From an uncultured delta proteobacterium (GTDB lineage Bacteria; Desulfobacterota; Binatia; UBA9968), in contig CAVSHR010000005.1 in the NCBI GenBank assembly GCA_963727625.1, positions 608,001 through 672,000 on the forward strand: a stretch of DNA of 64,000 bases. Direction: 5' to 3'. Positions 48,338-57,512 of the stretch are shown here, piece after piece. Each line of letters begins with the position of its first letter. Positions within the stretch are counted from its first letter, which is position 1. The notes beneath the pieces are model-generated. The model was given only the letters and a program-made list of their open reading frames with translations, had not been told where the DNA came from and ran no database searches. A program made the translations under genes and the position numbers.

Positions 48338-48520
48338 AAGACTGCCCTCCTGCGCAGGATCTGACTACTACCGACCTTGTAGACCCGACGCAAGACGGCT
48401 GTCAATGGGAGGCAAGATTGGAGAGATGGGTTGATGAATACTGGAGTGTTGGGTTTCGGAAAAGTTCGGAATTGACTTGAAAGCAGATTTAATTTTGACG
48501 CATTACTACAAAACTCTCCA

Positions 48521-49390
48521 TCACTCCATCACTCCACTTCCGCCCTTCACGTACGCCGCTAGCGCTTCGCGCCAGTCGCGCATCGGGGTCATCCCGAGCT
48601 TTTCAGATTCCAGGCAGCACAGCGGCGTGTAGCGCGGCCGGGCGGCGATGCGCTTCATGGCGCGCTCGTGGGTGATCTCGATCAGCGAGTCGGTTTCTTC
48701 GCGGGATAATCCCAGTAACCGGCCCGCTTCGAGGGCGAACTCGTAATAGGTGCAGACCCCGGCGTTGACGACGTGATAGGTCGCGTAGCGGCGCGTGCGG
48801 AGGATTTCAAGGCAGCGGTTGATCAAGTCTTCGACATAGGTCGTGCTCGACCAGATGTCGTCGATGGCGCGAACTTTCTTGCCGGCTTTAAGATCACAGT
48901 GCGCGTTGCAGAGAAAGCTCGCCTTGCCGCTGCCATAGACCCACGAGGTTCGCACGATGTAGCTTTGCGCGCACGCGTCGCGTACCGCCCTCTCGCCGGC
49001 GACTTTGGTTCTGCCGTAGACATTGACCGGCTGCGGCTCGTCCTCGATCGTGTATGGCGAGCGCCCGACCGGCTCCCCCGAGAAAGCGTATTGAGTGCTG
49101 AACTGAACGATCTCAGCGCCGATTGCGTGCGCCGCCTCGGCGAGATAGCGCGGCCCGTCCGCGTTGATCACCCGCGCCTTGGCCGGGTCCTGCTCCGATT
49201 CATCGACCTGCAGCACGGCGCAGTTAAAAATCATCTCCGGCTTGGACTCGCCGACGATTCGACGCACGGCATTGCGAAACGTGATGTCGAGCGCCGCGTG
49301 CGTGAGCGCCGTTACTTCATGCTCGCGCCCAAGCTTTCTCGTCAGATGACTGCCGACGAGTCCCGCCGCGCCCGTGATTAAAATTTTCAC
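48521..49390 (-). CDS. rfbD: dTDP-4-dehydrorhamnose reductase family SDR
   Basis: ILITGAAGLVG, LDIT, P.NVYG.TK..GE, IVRTSWVYG, A.RP.Y..L. Confidence 0.85.
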   Translation of the reverse strand: MKILITGAAGLVGSHLTRKLGREHEVTALTHAALDITFRNAVRRIVGESKPEMIFNCAVLQVDESEQDPAKARVINADGPRYLAEAAHAIGAEIVQFSTQYAFSGEPVGRSPYTIEDEPQPVNVYGRTKVAGERAVRDACAQSYIVRTSWVYGSGKASFLCNAHCDLKAGKKVRAIDDIWSSTTYVEDLINRCLEILRTRRYATYHVVNAGVCTYYEFALEAGRLLGLSREETDSLIEITHERAMKRIAARPRYTPLCCLESEKLGMTPMRDWREALAAYVKGGSGVME

Positions 49391-49535
49391 TGCCGCAGAG
49401 TCTAAAGCGAGACCATGGACCGATCAAGGAGGTTAGAGCAGGCTCTCCGCGCCACCAAGGCGTGCCGCCAGCACTCAGAGAATCGGAATGTCTCGCGGTA
49501 GAGTAAAGGACGCCAAGAAAGACGAGCTGAAAAAA

Positions 49536-50531
49536 TTAGCCCGGCAACGCAAAGTGCTTGAAGAATCTCCACATTTCCTGATTGGCATCGATGATATCGG
49601 TGGACGGTCCGAGGATGCGTTCCAGGAATTTCGCCTTGCCGCCGGGCCAGACATGCCCGGCACCGGTGAGCTTCCAGAGATCGACCTCGGCGCCGTCCCG
49701 GCAGTGCGAATAAACGTACCGAATGGCGCTGTGGCCGCGGCCGTCATGGTCGGCGCGGCGCTCAGCCACCGTCGGTTCCGCCGCACAACCGTTGTGTTTT
49801 ACCCAGCGCAAGATCATCTGATCGATATTGGGATGGAACACCCGGCTTTTGGTCAGTGGAAACGGCGGTCCGAGACCGCCGCTGTAATGCGCGCGCGGGT
49901 CGTCGACGCTGTGAATGTGCATGAGCGGCACGGCCCGAGCCGATTTAATTGAGGCGAGCACCAGCCCGCCGGCCACCGGCGCCACCGCGGCAATCAGGTT
50001 TCCGGCTTCTGCGGCGAGCCGATGCGCCATCATGCCGCCGTTCGACAATCCGGTTGCGTAAACCCGGCGCCGGTCAATCGGCACGATTTCAGCCAATTTG
50101 CCGATCAGTGCGCGGGCGAAGCCGACATCATCGACGTTGTTGATCGCCGCGAAGCCGCAGCAGGTGCCGGCGTTCCAGGTAAGCAGCCGCTTTGCGAACC
50201 GCCCGGTGCCGTTGGGATAGACCACCAGAAAAGTCTCGCGATCGGCGAGGCGATCCATCAGGGAATATTCCTGCTCGTTGGCACCATGCCCTCCGCCGCC
50301 ATGAAAATTGAGCACCACCGCCAGCTCGCGCTTGCCGGCTGCCTGCGGCGGCACGTGAACGATGGCGCTGCGTTCGCGCCCGCCATGATTCAAATCGATC
50401 GTATGATTTCCGGGAGAAAGACCGGCCGCAAGCGCGGCCCCAACGGCGCATCCCATCGGCGCCACCGAGATACGTAGGAACAAAATCGCAGCGACCGATA
50501 ATCGAAGTCGCCTTGCGCGCCGTCGGCTCAT
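49536..50531 (-). CDS. PHB depolymerase / LpqC-like secreted esterase
   Basis: FHGGGG, VVYPNG, WNAG.CCG, DDVGF, GLSNGG, GAGH.WPGG. Confidence 0.88.
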   Translation of the reverse strand: MSRRRARRLRLSVAAILFLRISVAPMGCAVGAALAAGLSPGNHTIDLNHGGRERSAIVHVPPQAAGKRELAVVLNFHGGGGHGANEQEYSLMDRLADRETFLVVYPNGTGRFAKRLLTWNAGTCCGFAAINNVDDVGFARALIGKLAEIVPIDRRRVYATGLSNGGMMAHRLAAEAGNLIAAVAPVAGGLVLASIKSARAVPLMHIHSVDDPRAHYSGGLGPPFPLTKSRVFHPNIDQMILRWVKHNGCAAEPTVAERRADHDGRGHSAIRYVYSHCRDGAEVDLWKLTGAGHVWPGGKAKFLERILGPSTDIIDANQEMWRFFKHFALPG

Positions 50532-50602
50532 GAAATTCTTGGTGAACAACGAATGCGCAACGCCGAGAATGATCCGTTCATTAGCATTGGTCGAAATACA
50601 AT

Positions 50603-50624
50603 TTGGGGGGCGATTGCCCCCCAA
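50603..50624 (-). terminator. Probable terminator after the glycine-zipper lipoprotein
   Basis: TTGGGGGGC-GATT-GCCCCCCAA hairpin followed by AT-rich sequence on the minus strand. Confidence 0.55.
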
Positions 50625-50653
50625 TTGATTAGACTATGTCGGGAATTGCGGAA

Positions 50654-51016
50654 CTAATACTCAGGCCGGCGTTTGAGCTCTTCGAGCTCGCGCCGCTGGC
50701 GCTCGATTTCCAGCTGATTTTGGTTAATCTGCTGATCTTGCCCAGCCGCCTGATTTTCGCGTCCCTGTAACTGGTCGCCGATCAAAGCGCCCGCGCCCAA
50801 ACCTAAAGCCCCGCCAATCAAAGCGCCCGCGCCCGGATGACGCACTGCCGAGCCGATAATACCGCCCGCTGCGGCGCCGCCGAGTGCGCCGATCCCGGCG
50901 CCCTTTTCGCGGGTCGTCAGCGCACCTCCCGCGCACCCGGCCACCAACGTGGCGGCTAGAGCCATACTCAGGACAATTCGCGAATGATTTTGCAAAGCGC
51001 CCCGGTTAGATTTCAT
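50654..51016 (-). CDS. Glycine-zipper lipoprotein
   Basis: GGAGG RBS, VAGC lipobox, GAGIGALGGAAAGGIIG zipper, C-terminal coiled coil. Confidence 0.8.
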   Translation of the reverse strand: MKSNRGALQNHSRIVLSMALAATLVAGCAGGALTTREKGAGIGALGGAAAGGIIGSAVRHPGAGALIGGALGLGAGALIGDQLQGRENQAAGQDQQINQNQLEIERQRRELEELKRRPEY

Positions 51017-51125
51017 GATATTCGGCCTCCTTGACCAGTTAGACGCGGTGGCTACGAATTTGTTTACTGACCTGACCGAGTTGGCGGAAAAAGCAGTTGA
51101 TATCGAGGCGGGTTGGAAACGCCAG

Positions 51126-51901
51126 CTAGCGTAGTCTCCGAATGGTCTCAATGCGGTCGTCGATCGCCGGATGGGTCGAGAGAAACCCGCCCCACCCCCG
51201 CCCCCACCCGATGACCGGCGAATCCAGGTTAGCGCATCGACAAGAGCCTCTTTCGAATAACCGCTGCGGCGCAAGATATCGACGGCATGACGGTCGGCGG
51301 CGTATTCTTCGTTGCGGCTGTAACCGCGCGCGACCAGCTCGCCGGCGATCGGCGCAAGCGCTCCGGCTCCGGGAAACAATTGTTGAAGGCCCGCCGCCAA
51401 AATATTAAGCCCGGCGCCGACCACCTGTGCTTTCGCCACATGGCCGAGATCCTGATGCGCGACCTCGTGCGCTAAAACCCCGCGCAATTGGTCGTCATTG
51501 GCACGCCGTAACAGCCCCATAGTCACATAGAACTCGCAATTACCGGCGTTGGCGGCGTTGATTTCGTCCTGATTGATGATGCCGACGCGCGCTTGGTCCA
51601 ACCTGCAGGGATGATCCATGCCGCGAAATAGCGGCACCATCACCCGGCGCAAGCGCTCAACCGTGTACGAGTCGACGCGTCCGGACGCAGATGAGCGGGA
51701 CGAGGGATAATCCTGCCGCGGCGCGCGCCGGCTCGGCGCCGGCCCGACCGCGACGCAGGCCGGCAGTACTGCGGTCGCGAACAATAGAGCTACGACGGCG
51801 GCCAAGCCATTTCGCTTTTGGCTTGGGATTGCCCGCGTTAGCGAAAACCCGCGCCGCACCGCCGTTCGGCTTTTACAAATCTCACTATTTCCGCGAAACA
51901 T
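51126..51901 (-). CDS. M48 family metallopeptidase (lipoprotein), 1-base deletion in a G-rich tract near 51190
   Basis: INA, L.GVLAHEVAH, YSR.EE..AD; canonical end FLSTHP..DDRI..IRRLR* lies in the adjacent frame (stop 51126-51128); start uncertain. Confidence 0.85.
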
Positions 51902-51922
51902 AACGGCTGGATTTTAGATTTT

Positions 51923-52780
51923 TTAGGAAGCCGGCCGCTGCTCTCGGGCAGCGGTGGATTGAACGCCAAACTTGTCTTCCACCAGATCCAAGTAGACGGT
52001 GCCAAAGACGATCTTGCTGCTGAGCTTGACCGGCACGCGCCGCTCGTCGGCGGAGATCCAGATCGCCGCTTCGTTCAAGCGATTGGCGTAACCTCTCTTG
52101 GTAATATTTTGGATCTGCGGCACGATCCGGTAGGCTTCGACCGTCTTGCCCGACGCCATCGTCACCGGTTCCTTGGCTTCCACGGACAATTCGAGCAAAT
52201 ACTGATACCGCCCGCCGAAAACTTTGAAGTAGAGCTTGTCGCCGACCTTGAAATCCGTGCTGCGCGCCAGATAGGACGCCGTGATCGGATCGAGCGTATT
52301 GTGCGAATCGAAATGATACACTTTGGCCCGCTTGCCCACCTGCCGCCGGTTCACCGCCCAGCGGTTGGCGGCATGATCGAAATGAGCTTCCGTGTCGATA
52401 ATCCGGGAGTTTTCCCGCTGTTTGAAGGTGAATTGCGACGGCATCAAAGCCTTGGCATCAAAGGTCGAGCGGATCGTATCGCGCATCCGCCAGATAAAAT
52501 CGAGGACCCTGGAAGATTTTGCTTCGACGCGCACCTGGTAAACTTTTCTGCCGTCAACCACCGTCGGTGTGGTGTAAACCTCGGCCGTCGCCACCGAGAT
52601 CATGCCGTTCCAGGTGGCGTGATAGACGGCTTTCTCGCCGTATTCGAAGGGGAAATATTTCGGATGATAGTCCGGCACGGCATCGGCTTTGACCGCCATC
52701 GGCTGTCCCGCCTCAGCGACCGAAAACAGTAGGAAACCGAAAATGACGCTCAAGGCCGTGAAAACTTTGGATTTGTGCAT
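51923..52780 (-). CDS. DUF3108 domain exported protein
   Basis: PF..GEK..Y...W, LDP....Y..R, G.VEA..I.P, IWIS.D.RRVPVK.....FG.V...L. Confidence 0.8.
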   Translation of the reverse strand: MHKSKVFTALSVIFGFLLFSVAEAGQPMAVKADAVPDYHPKYFPFEYGEKAVYHATWNGMISVATAEVYTTPTVVDGRKVYQVRVEAKSSRVLDFIWRMRDTIRSTFDAKALMPSQFTFKQRENSRIIDTEAHFDHAANRWAVNRRQVGKRAKVYHFDSHNTLDPITASYLARSTDFKVGDKLYFKVFGGRYQYLLELSVEAKEPVTMASGKTVEAYRIVPQIQNITKRGYANRLNEAAIWISADERRVPVKLSSKIVFGTVYLDLVEDKFGVQSTAAREQRPAS

Positions 52781-53239
52781 GGTGGACTGTTAGACGTTCC
52801 AGACGGGTAATCGTTTATCGGTCAATTTATCATAAAATCCACACTAAACGAATCTTTTCTTGCGGCGCTCTGACAGAATTCGAGGAATAATCGGTGCAAA
52901 CGTTTGCTCGCGCGAATAAGTAGCTGAATAAACCTGGCAGCCGAAAGTTTTGGCTGCTATCCGGCAAAATATATGAGAGGCCATTGAGGGCATAATTCAA
53001 AGCCGCGCCGTGCGGCCATTTAGGTTGATGTGTTAAGCTAATTCATCGCCCGGCGATCTGTTCCGGAATCGCATCATACCAGCCAACAGATTTCCGCTTG
53101 CCGATGGCTTTGGCATTGGGCCAAACAATTTTAATCTTGAGATTGCCATCCTGGAGCCCTCGGCCCTTGTCACTTTTCAGGTCAGATGACAAAGTGACTG
53201 GCGAGGGTTAAAAGATATACCAAGGATTGACCTGTACTA

Positions 53240-53620
53240 ATGAACCCGCCGGTTTTGCTGCTGGTTGACGACGAAATGAGCGTGCGCGAGTCGCTGAAAA
53301 TGGTTTTTGGCCGGGGTTATCAGGTGTTCGAAGCCGATTCCGTGGACAGCGCCTTGATCAAGGTCAACGAAGCTCACCCCGATGTCGTTCTGCTCGACGT
53401 GTTGATGCCGAAGGCTGACGGCTTGCAGGCGCTCCGACGCATCAAAGAAATTCACCCGGGTTGTGCCGTGATCATGCTCACCGGCATCAATTCCCAACAG
53501 TTGGCGGAAAAGGCAATCGCAGACGGGGCTTTCGACTTTATCGGCAAGCCCTTCGACGTTGGCGACTTACGCCAGAAAGTCGCCCGCGCGCTGGAACATG
53601 TCGCGGCCAAGGCACCGTGA
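53240..53620 (+). CDS. Single-domain response regulator (NtrC-like receiver)
   Basis: LLVDDE, VLLDV.MP..DG, VIMLTG, GAFDFI.KPF. Confidence 0.92.
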   Translation: MNPPVLLLVDDEMSVRESLKMVFGRGYQVFEADSVDSALIKVNEAHPDVVLLDVLMPKADGLQALRRIKEIHPGCAVIMLTGINSQQLAEKAIADGAFDFIGKPFDVGDLRQKVARALEHVAAKAP

Positions 53621-53629
53621 GGGTGGCTG

Positions 53630-54367
53630 ATGGCATCGCCTCGGACCCTGTTCGGTGATCGCCGCCGAACCCTCACGTGCTTTTTCCTCGCCGTCCTGCT
53701 CCTTGCCGGCTGTGCCCGCCTCAAACAATGCGCTTATCAGGGCGTCAATCGTGACCAATGGCAACAGCCGCAGAAAGTCGTCGCGGCGCTACAAATCCAG
53801 CCCGGCGCTCTCGTCGCCGACCTCGGCGCGGGCGGGGGCTACTTTACATTGAAGCTCACCGATGCGGTGGAATCCGATGGTATCATTTTCGCTGTGGACT
53901 TCGACCCCGGCATGGTCGATCTCGTTGCCAGCGAAACTAAACAAATGGCCGCCGCCAATGTCAAAGCGATTCTGGGAAGCCCCGCCGACCTTCGCCTTCG
54001 GAAAACCGGCGTCGATTTGATCTTTACCTCGAACACTTACCACCACATCCAAAATCGCGTCGCCTATTTTGCCAAGTTGCTAAACTATCTTCGTCCCGGC
54101 GGCCGCATCGCGATCATCGAATTCGACCGGCGTAGCTGGATCGTCGGGCTTTTGCGTCACTACACCCCGAGCGAGTTCATCAAACGGGAATATGGAGCAA
54201 GCCGGATACGAGCTGCGCCAAGAATTCGATTTTTGGATCGCCAATCCTTTTTAATCTTCGCTGCCAAGCAGCCTTTATCAATCCCCAAAAAACCGGGTTC
54301 GCCGGCAAGCAACGATTCCCGGCGAACCCGGCGATCGGCAAACTCTACTTCTGCCGAATTAACTTAA
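53630..54367 (+). CDS. Exported SAM-dependent methyltransferase (lipoprotein)
   Basis: LAGC lipobox, RD.WQ.P..V, VADLGAGGGYFT, NTYHHI, LRPGGRIAIIEF; C-terminal region disturbed. Confidence 0.82.
   Translation: MASPRTLFGDRRRTLTCFFLAVLLLAGCARLKQCAYQGVNRDQWQQPQKVVAALQIQPGALVADLGAGGGYFTLKLTDAVESDGIIFAVDFDPGMVDLVASETKQMAAANVKAILGSPADLRLRKTGVDLIFTSNTYHHIQNRVAYFAKLLNYLRPGGRIAIIEFDRRSWIVGLLRHYTPSEFIKREYGASRIRAAPRIRFLDRQSFLIFAAKQPLSIPKKPGSPASNDSRRTRRSANSTSAELT
54287..54331 (-). terminator. Rho-independent terminator of the 54380 gene
   Basis: 13-bp stem CCGGGTTCGCCGG/CCGGCGAACCCGG followed by T6 on the minus strand. Confidence 0.7.
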
Positions 54368-54379
54368 AGCGTAGCGGGC

Positions 54380-54622
54380 TTATTTGGCCGGCGATTTCGT
54401 GTTTTCGTCTGGCTTTGCCGCCGCGGGTGTCGTGCTTTGGTCCGAGCCGGTGGCCGGGGCCGTCATGCCTTCCGCGGTTGCCGATGGCGCCGGCTCGGGT
54501 GACGCAGCAATGCTGGACGATGATTGCGGCGACTCACTTTCATTTTTCTTCTCGCACGCTGCTAAAAACAATACCAGTCCAAGGATTGTTGCAACTGCAC
54601 CCATCAAACTTGTCTTGATCAT
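54380..54622 (-). CDS. Small low-complexity lipoprotein
   Basis: GGAGGG RBS, LAAC lipobox, S/P/A/T-rich tail. Confidence 0.75.
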   Translation of the reverse strand: MIKTSLMGAVATILGLVLFLAACEKKNESESPQSSSSIAASPEPAPSATAEGMTAPATGSDQSTTPAAAKPDENTKSPAK

Positions 54623-54842
54623 TCTTTCATCCCTCCCGTGAATTTCTATTCATTTCTTGCCCTCCGACCGCGCCGATGAGAACCGGTAAGCGCGCTCCTC
54701 GATCTGCATTTTCACGCCCTTAAAAAACCACGCGGATCAAACCGCCTTCTGATTCGTCAGCTTCATTGATGCCAGGTGGATTTCCCAGCTTTCGCTCATA
54801 CGCCAAGGGAAGAAACCTGCGCGAGCTTGCTGCGATATCCGT

Positions 54843-55199
54843 CTAATATTCTTCGCGTTCGAGCCGCAGTCTTTCCAGCTCGTACCGCTGCCGGTCGATC
54901 TCCGACTGGTTGTTTCGGATTGCGTTTTCTTGGCGTTCATTCTGAATCTCCTGTCCTTGCAGCTGATCGCCGACCAACGCTCCGGCGCCTAAGCCGAGCC
55001 CGCCGCCGATGGCGGCGCCGGCCGCCGGATGGCCCACGGCGCTGCCGACAATTCCGCCGACCGCGGCACCGCCGAGGGCGCCGATGCCCGCGCCTTTCTC
55101 ACGCGTCGTAAGCGCGCCGCCGGCGCACCCGGCCAACAGCAGAGTTGCCGCCATCAACAAAACCGCCTTATGATTGCCTAGCGTTGTTGTCGATATCAT
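54843..55199 (-). CDS. Glycine-zipper lipoprotein, paralog of 50654
   Basis: LAGCAGGALTTREKGAGIGALGGAA...GDQLQG shared with 50654. Confidence 0.8.
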   Translation of the reverse strand: MISTTTLGNHKAVLLMAATLLLAGCAGGALTTREKGAGIGALGGAAVGGIVGSAVGHPAAGAAIGGGLGLGAGALVGDQLQGQEIQNERQENAIRNNQSEIDRQRYELERLRLEREEY

Positions 55200-55231
55200 A
55201 GAAGAAGTCTCCTTTCCGAGCTTCGCCAACG

Positions 55232-55435
55232 TCAATAAAGATAATGCGAGTAGCGCGCGGCATTGCCGCGAATGAACGCGAGAAGCTCTTCCTCCTGCGG
55301 TTCCACATACAATCGAAAAAAGGTTCCCTGCCTGTCGGTGATCGCGTAGCCGGCGCGAAGATTGCTTGCCGGGAGGATCGTTAAGCCGAACAAGACTAAA
55401 GCCGCGCTTAGCCGTTTTCGTCGCTTCACTTTCAT
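55232..55435 (-). CDS. Small hypothetical exported protein
   Basis: AGGGGG RBS, basic N-terminus + hydrophobic stretch, sits within an operon. Confidence 0.45.
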   Translation of the reverse strand: MKVKRRKRLSAALVLFGLTILPASNLRAGYAITDRQGTFFRLYVEPQEEELLAFIRGNAARYSHYLY

Positions 55436-55460
55436 CGGGCCCCCCTTTCGCTAAGATTGC

Positions 55461-55856
55461 CTACGACGTCTGTCGCTCGGCCCGGATCAACTCCAACGCT
55501 TTCTGCCGCAGCTCCGGATTACCGTTTACCGCGACAAAAACTTGATTGTATTTCTGCGGCGTGAACCCTTGTTTCAAGAGGACGCGGCGCACTTTTTCGT
55601 TCCCTTCCTTGGCGATTTTCTCTTTGGCCTTTTCATCTTTCGTTGCTCTTAGTTGAGGCTCGTAGCTCCGCTTGATTCTATGATACTCGACGTAGGCCTT
55701 GGCAAAGGCTTTGAGTTCTTTATCGCTTACCTTCGACTGCGCCGCCGCGGACCCTTGCCTCGAGCCCGCCCAGGCGCTACCCGACGCCCTAAAGCCGACA
55801 ATCAACGATGCCAAAAGCGCTGCTCCGATTAGAAATTTAACGGTGATGCGTGTCAT
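55461..55856 (-). CDS. DUF4168 domain exported protein
   Basis: VSD.EL.AFAKAY, G.T...YN......N..PELR. Confidence 0.75.
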   Translation of the reverse strand: MTRITVKFLIGAALLASLIVGFRASGSAWAGSRQGSAAAQSKVSDKELKAFAKAYVEYHRIKRSYEPQLRATKDEKAKEKIAKEGNEKVRRVLLKQGFTPQKYNQVFVAVNGNPELRQKALELIRAERQTS

Positions 55857-55889
55857 CCGATCCTCCTTGTCGCTTTGCCCCGCCGGCCC

Positions 55890-56510
55890 TTAGGTACGGA
55901 CGTCTTTCGCCTCGGGCGACTTCGCTTCGAGCTTCTTGAGTAAATCGTTAAACGTCGACTTGGCGAGAATTCGGTTGAATTGGGAACGGTAATTGTTCAC
56001 CAGGCTGATGTTTTCGATCACCACATCGTAAACCTTCCAATCCCCGCCCGCCGATCGCAGTTTATAATTCAGCGCGATTTCCTGGCCTTTCCTGGTGATA
56101 ATTTTGCTGTCGACTTCAGCCAGGTTTTGCGTAACCTTTTCCCGCCCGTAAACGATCTTTTCGCCGTCGTAGGACTCGATCTGGTCCGCGTAGGATTTTT
56201 CCAGGAGGTCGGTGAAGAGTTGCACGAACCTTTTTTGTTCCTCGCCACTGACTCTCCGCCAATTCGCACCAAGCGAGCGCTTGGCCATCTCGTCAAAGTC
56301 AAACCTATTTCCAATGATCTGGCGCAGCCGTTCGCGGCGCCGGCTCTCTTTATCCCCCCCCTTGAACCGCGGATCTTGGAGCAGGGTAAGCACTTGATCC
56401 GCGGTTTGACGGACTTGATCCGTCGGCGCTCCCGCTCTTAGTTCGGCGGGACCAACGATTTGCCACAACAACACAATGACAGGCACGAAAACGATTTTTA
56501 GATAGCGCAT
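55890..56510 (-). CDS. mlaC: MlaC/Ttg2D family phospholipid-binding protein
   Basis: FDF.EMAKRSLG..W, F..LF..LL..SY, WKVYDV.IE.ISLV.NYR.QF. Confidence 0.85.
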   Translation of the reverse strand: MRYLKIVFVPVIVLLWQIVGPAELRAGAPTDQVRQTADQVLTLLQDPRFKGGDKESRRRERLRQIIGNRFDFDEMAKRSLGANWRRVSGEEQKRFVQLFTDLLEKSYADQIESYDGEKIVYGREKVTQNLAEVDSKIITRKGQEIALNYKLRSAGGDWKVYDVVIENISLVNNYRSQFNRILAKSTFNDLLKKLEAKSPEAKDVRT

Positions 56511-56527
56511 GGATTCCCCCTCTTCTT

Positions 56528-56764
56528 TTAGACCGCCCAATGGACCGGCTTGTTCGTCTGCGTTTTAGGTTTGGAAATACCGCGCGTCATGAGCGGCGCG
56601 AGTCGAACCGATGATGGCGATGCGGAATTTTTCAGAAGTCCGGCCAACAGAACTGCCACCACTCGGTATTTTTTCCGCTCGTTGCCCACATAGTGTCCCG
56701 CTTCATCGGTCAAAGTGACGATCAAATCCCCCAAAGTCGTGTCGAATTTTCTTACTCTCTGCAT
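56528..56764 (-). CDS. Small hypothetical protein
   Basis: GAGGA RBS; TTLGDLI..LTDEA; first gene of the operon. Confidence 0.55.
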   Translation of the reverse strand: MQRVRKFDTTLGDLIVTLTDEAGHYVGNERKKYRVVAVLLAGLLKNSASPSSVRLAPLMTRGISKPKTQTNKPVHWAV

Positions 56765-57040
56765 GATTTCCTCCTCTCCAAAACAACCGTGCCGTTTATT
56801 GAAATCTGTCTTGCGACATTTCAAAAATTTACTCGCACTGTCGCAACACGCTGCGGGTCGCAGACAAACTTTCGCCTTGCGATGACTTGCCGGTCATCGA
56901 TCGCTGATTCTCCCCTCGCGTTGATATTGTGCTCGGTTTACGAGCCGGGCGATTTCGTCTGCGGAATTATTTATTGCTACCCAAGTTAGCCACCTCCGAT
57001 AAATTTACATTTCGTGGTTTCGCTCACGCCCTAATGTAAC

Positions 57041-57057
57041 CGCAAGGCCCATACCAA
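57041..57057 (-). promoter_or_regulatory. sigma54 (-24/-12) promoter
   Basis: Minus strand TTGGTATGGGCCTTGCG (GG-N10-GC); same TTGGTATG start as the 36840 site. Confidence 0.6.
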
Positions 57058-57512
57058 CGGCTTCAAGCCGGGCGTAAGCCGCGCAAATACAAGAGGGATT
57101 CGACCGTTACCGGGCGACCAGGATGAATCTCTATTGTAGGGCATTTCCTACGTTGGCGTCTGACAGTAAGCAAATAACCGCCACAAATCTGGTGACCTGA
57201 ATGCTGAAGGAATTCGCCGTCACGGAATTTGGCGATTACTCTATGCGTATGTGTGGAATTTTTGAATTTATCGCGCCGGCTCCGCAGGCAGCGTCGCAGT
57301 GATGATTATCCGCATTACGTCCTTCGCTGCTTAACCCTTGGCAAAATCCCGGGCAAGGCTGCGCCGTCGTCAACGAGCGCGCGAGCAAACCGCCGATTTG
57401 CAGACCGGCCGCCCGGTAATTTTCTAATTCTTACTGGAAGCCCGCCTAGGCGCGCGTCAACGCTTGCTCCACTGAAGGAAAATCGGTACCTTACATTGCG
57501 ATTGGAGATTCC

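Noticed and set aside
56830-57510. Long intergenic region checked for tRNA, riboswitch or ncRNA
   Set aside because: No cloverleaf or recognisable riboswitch consensus by eye; only promoter-like motifs. An Rfam scan would be needed to exclude one.
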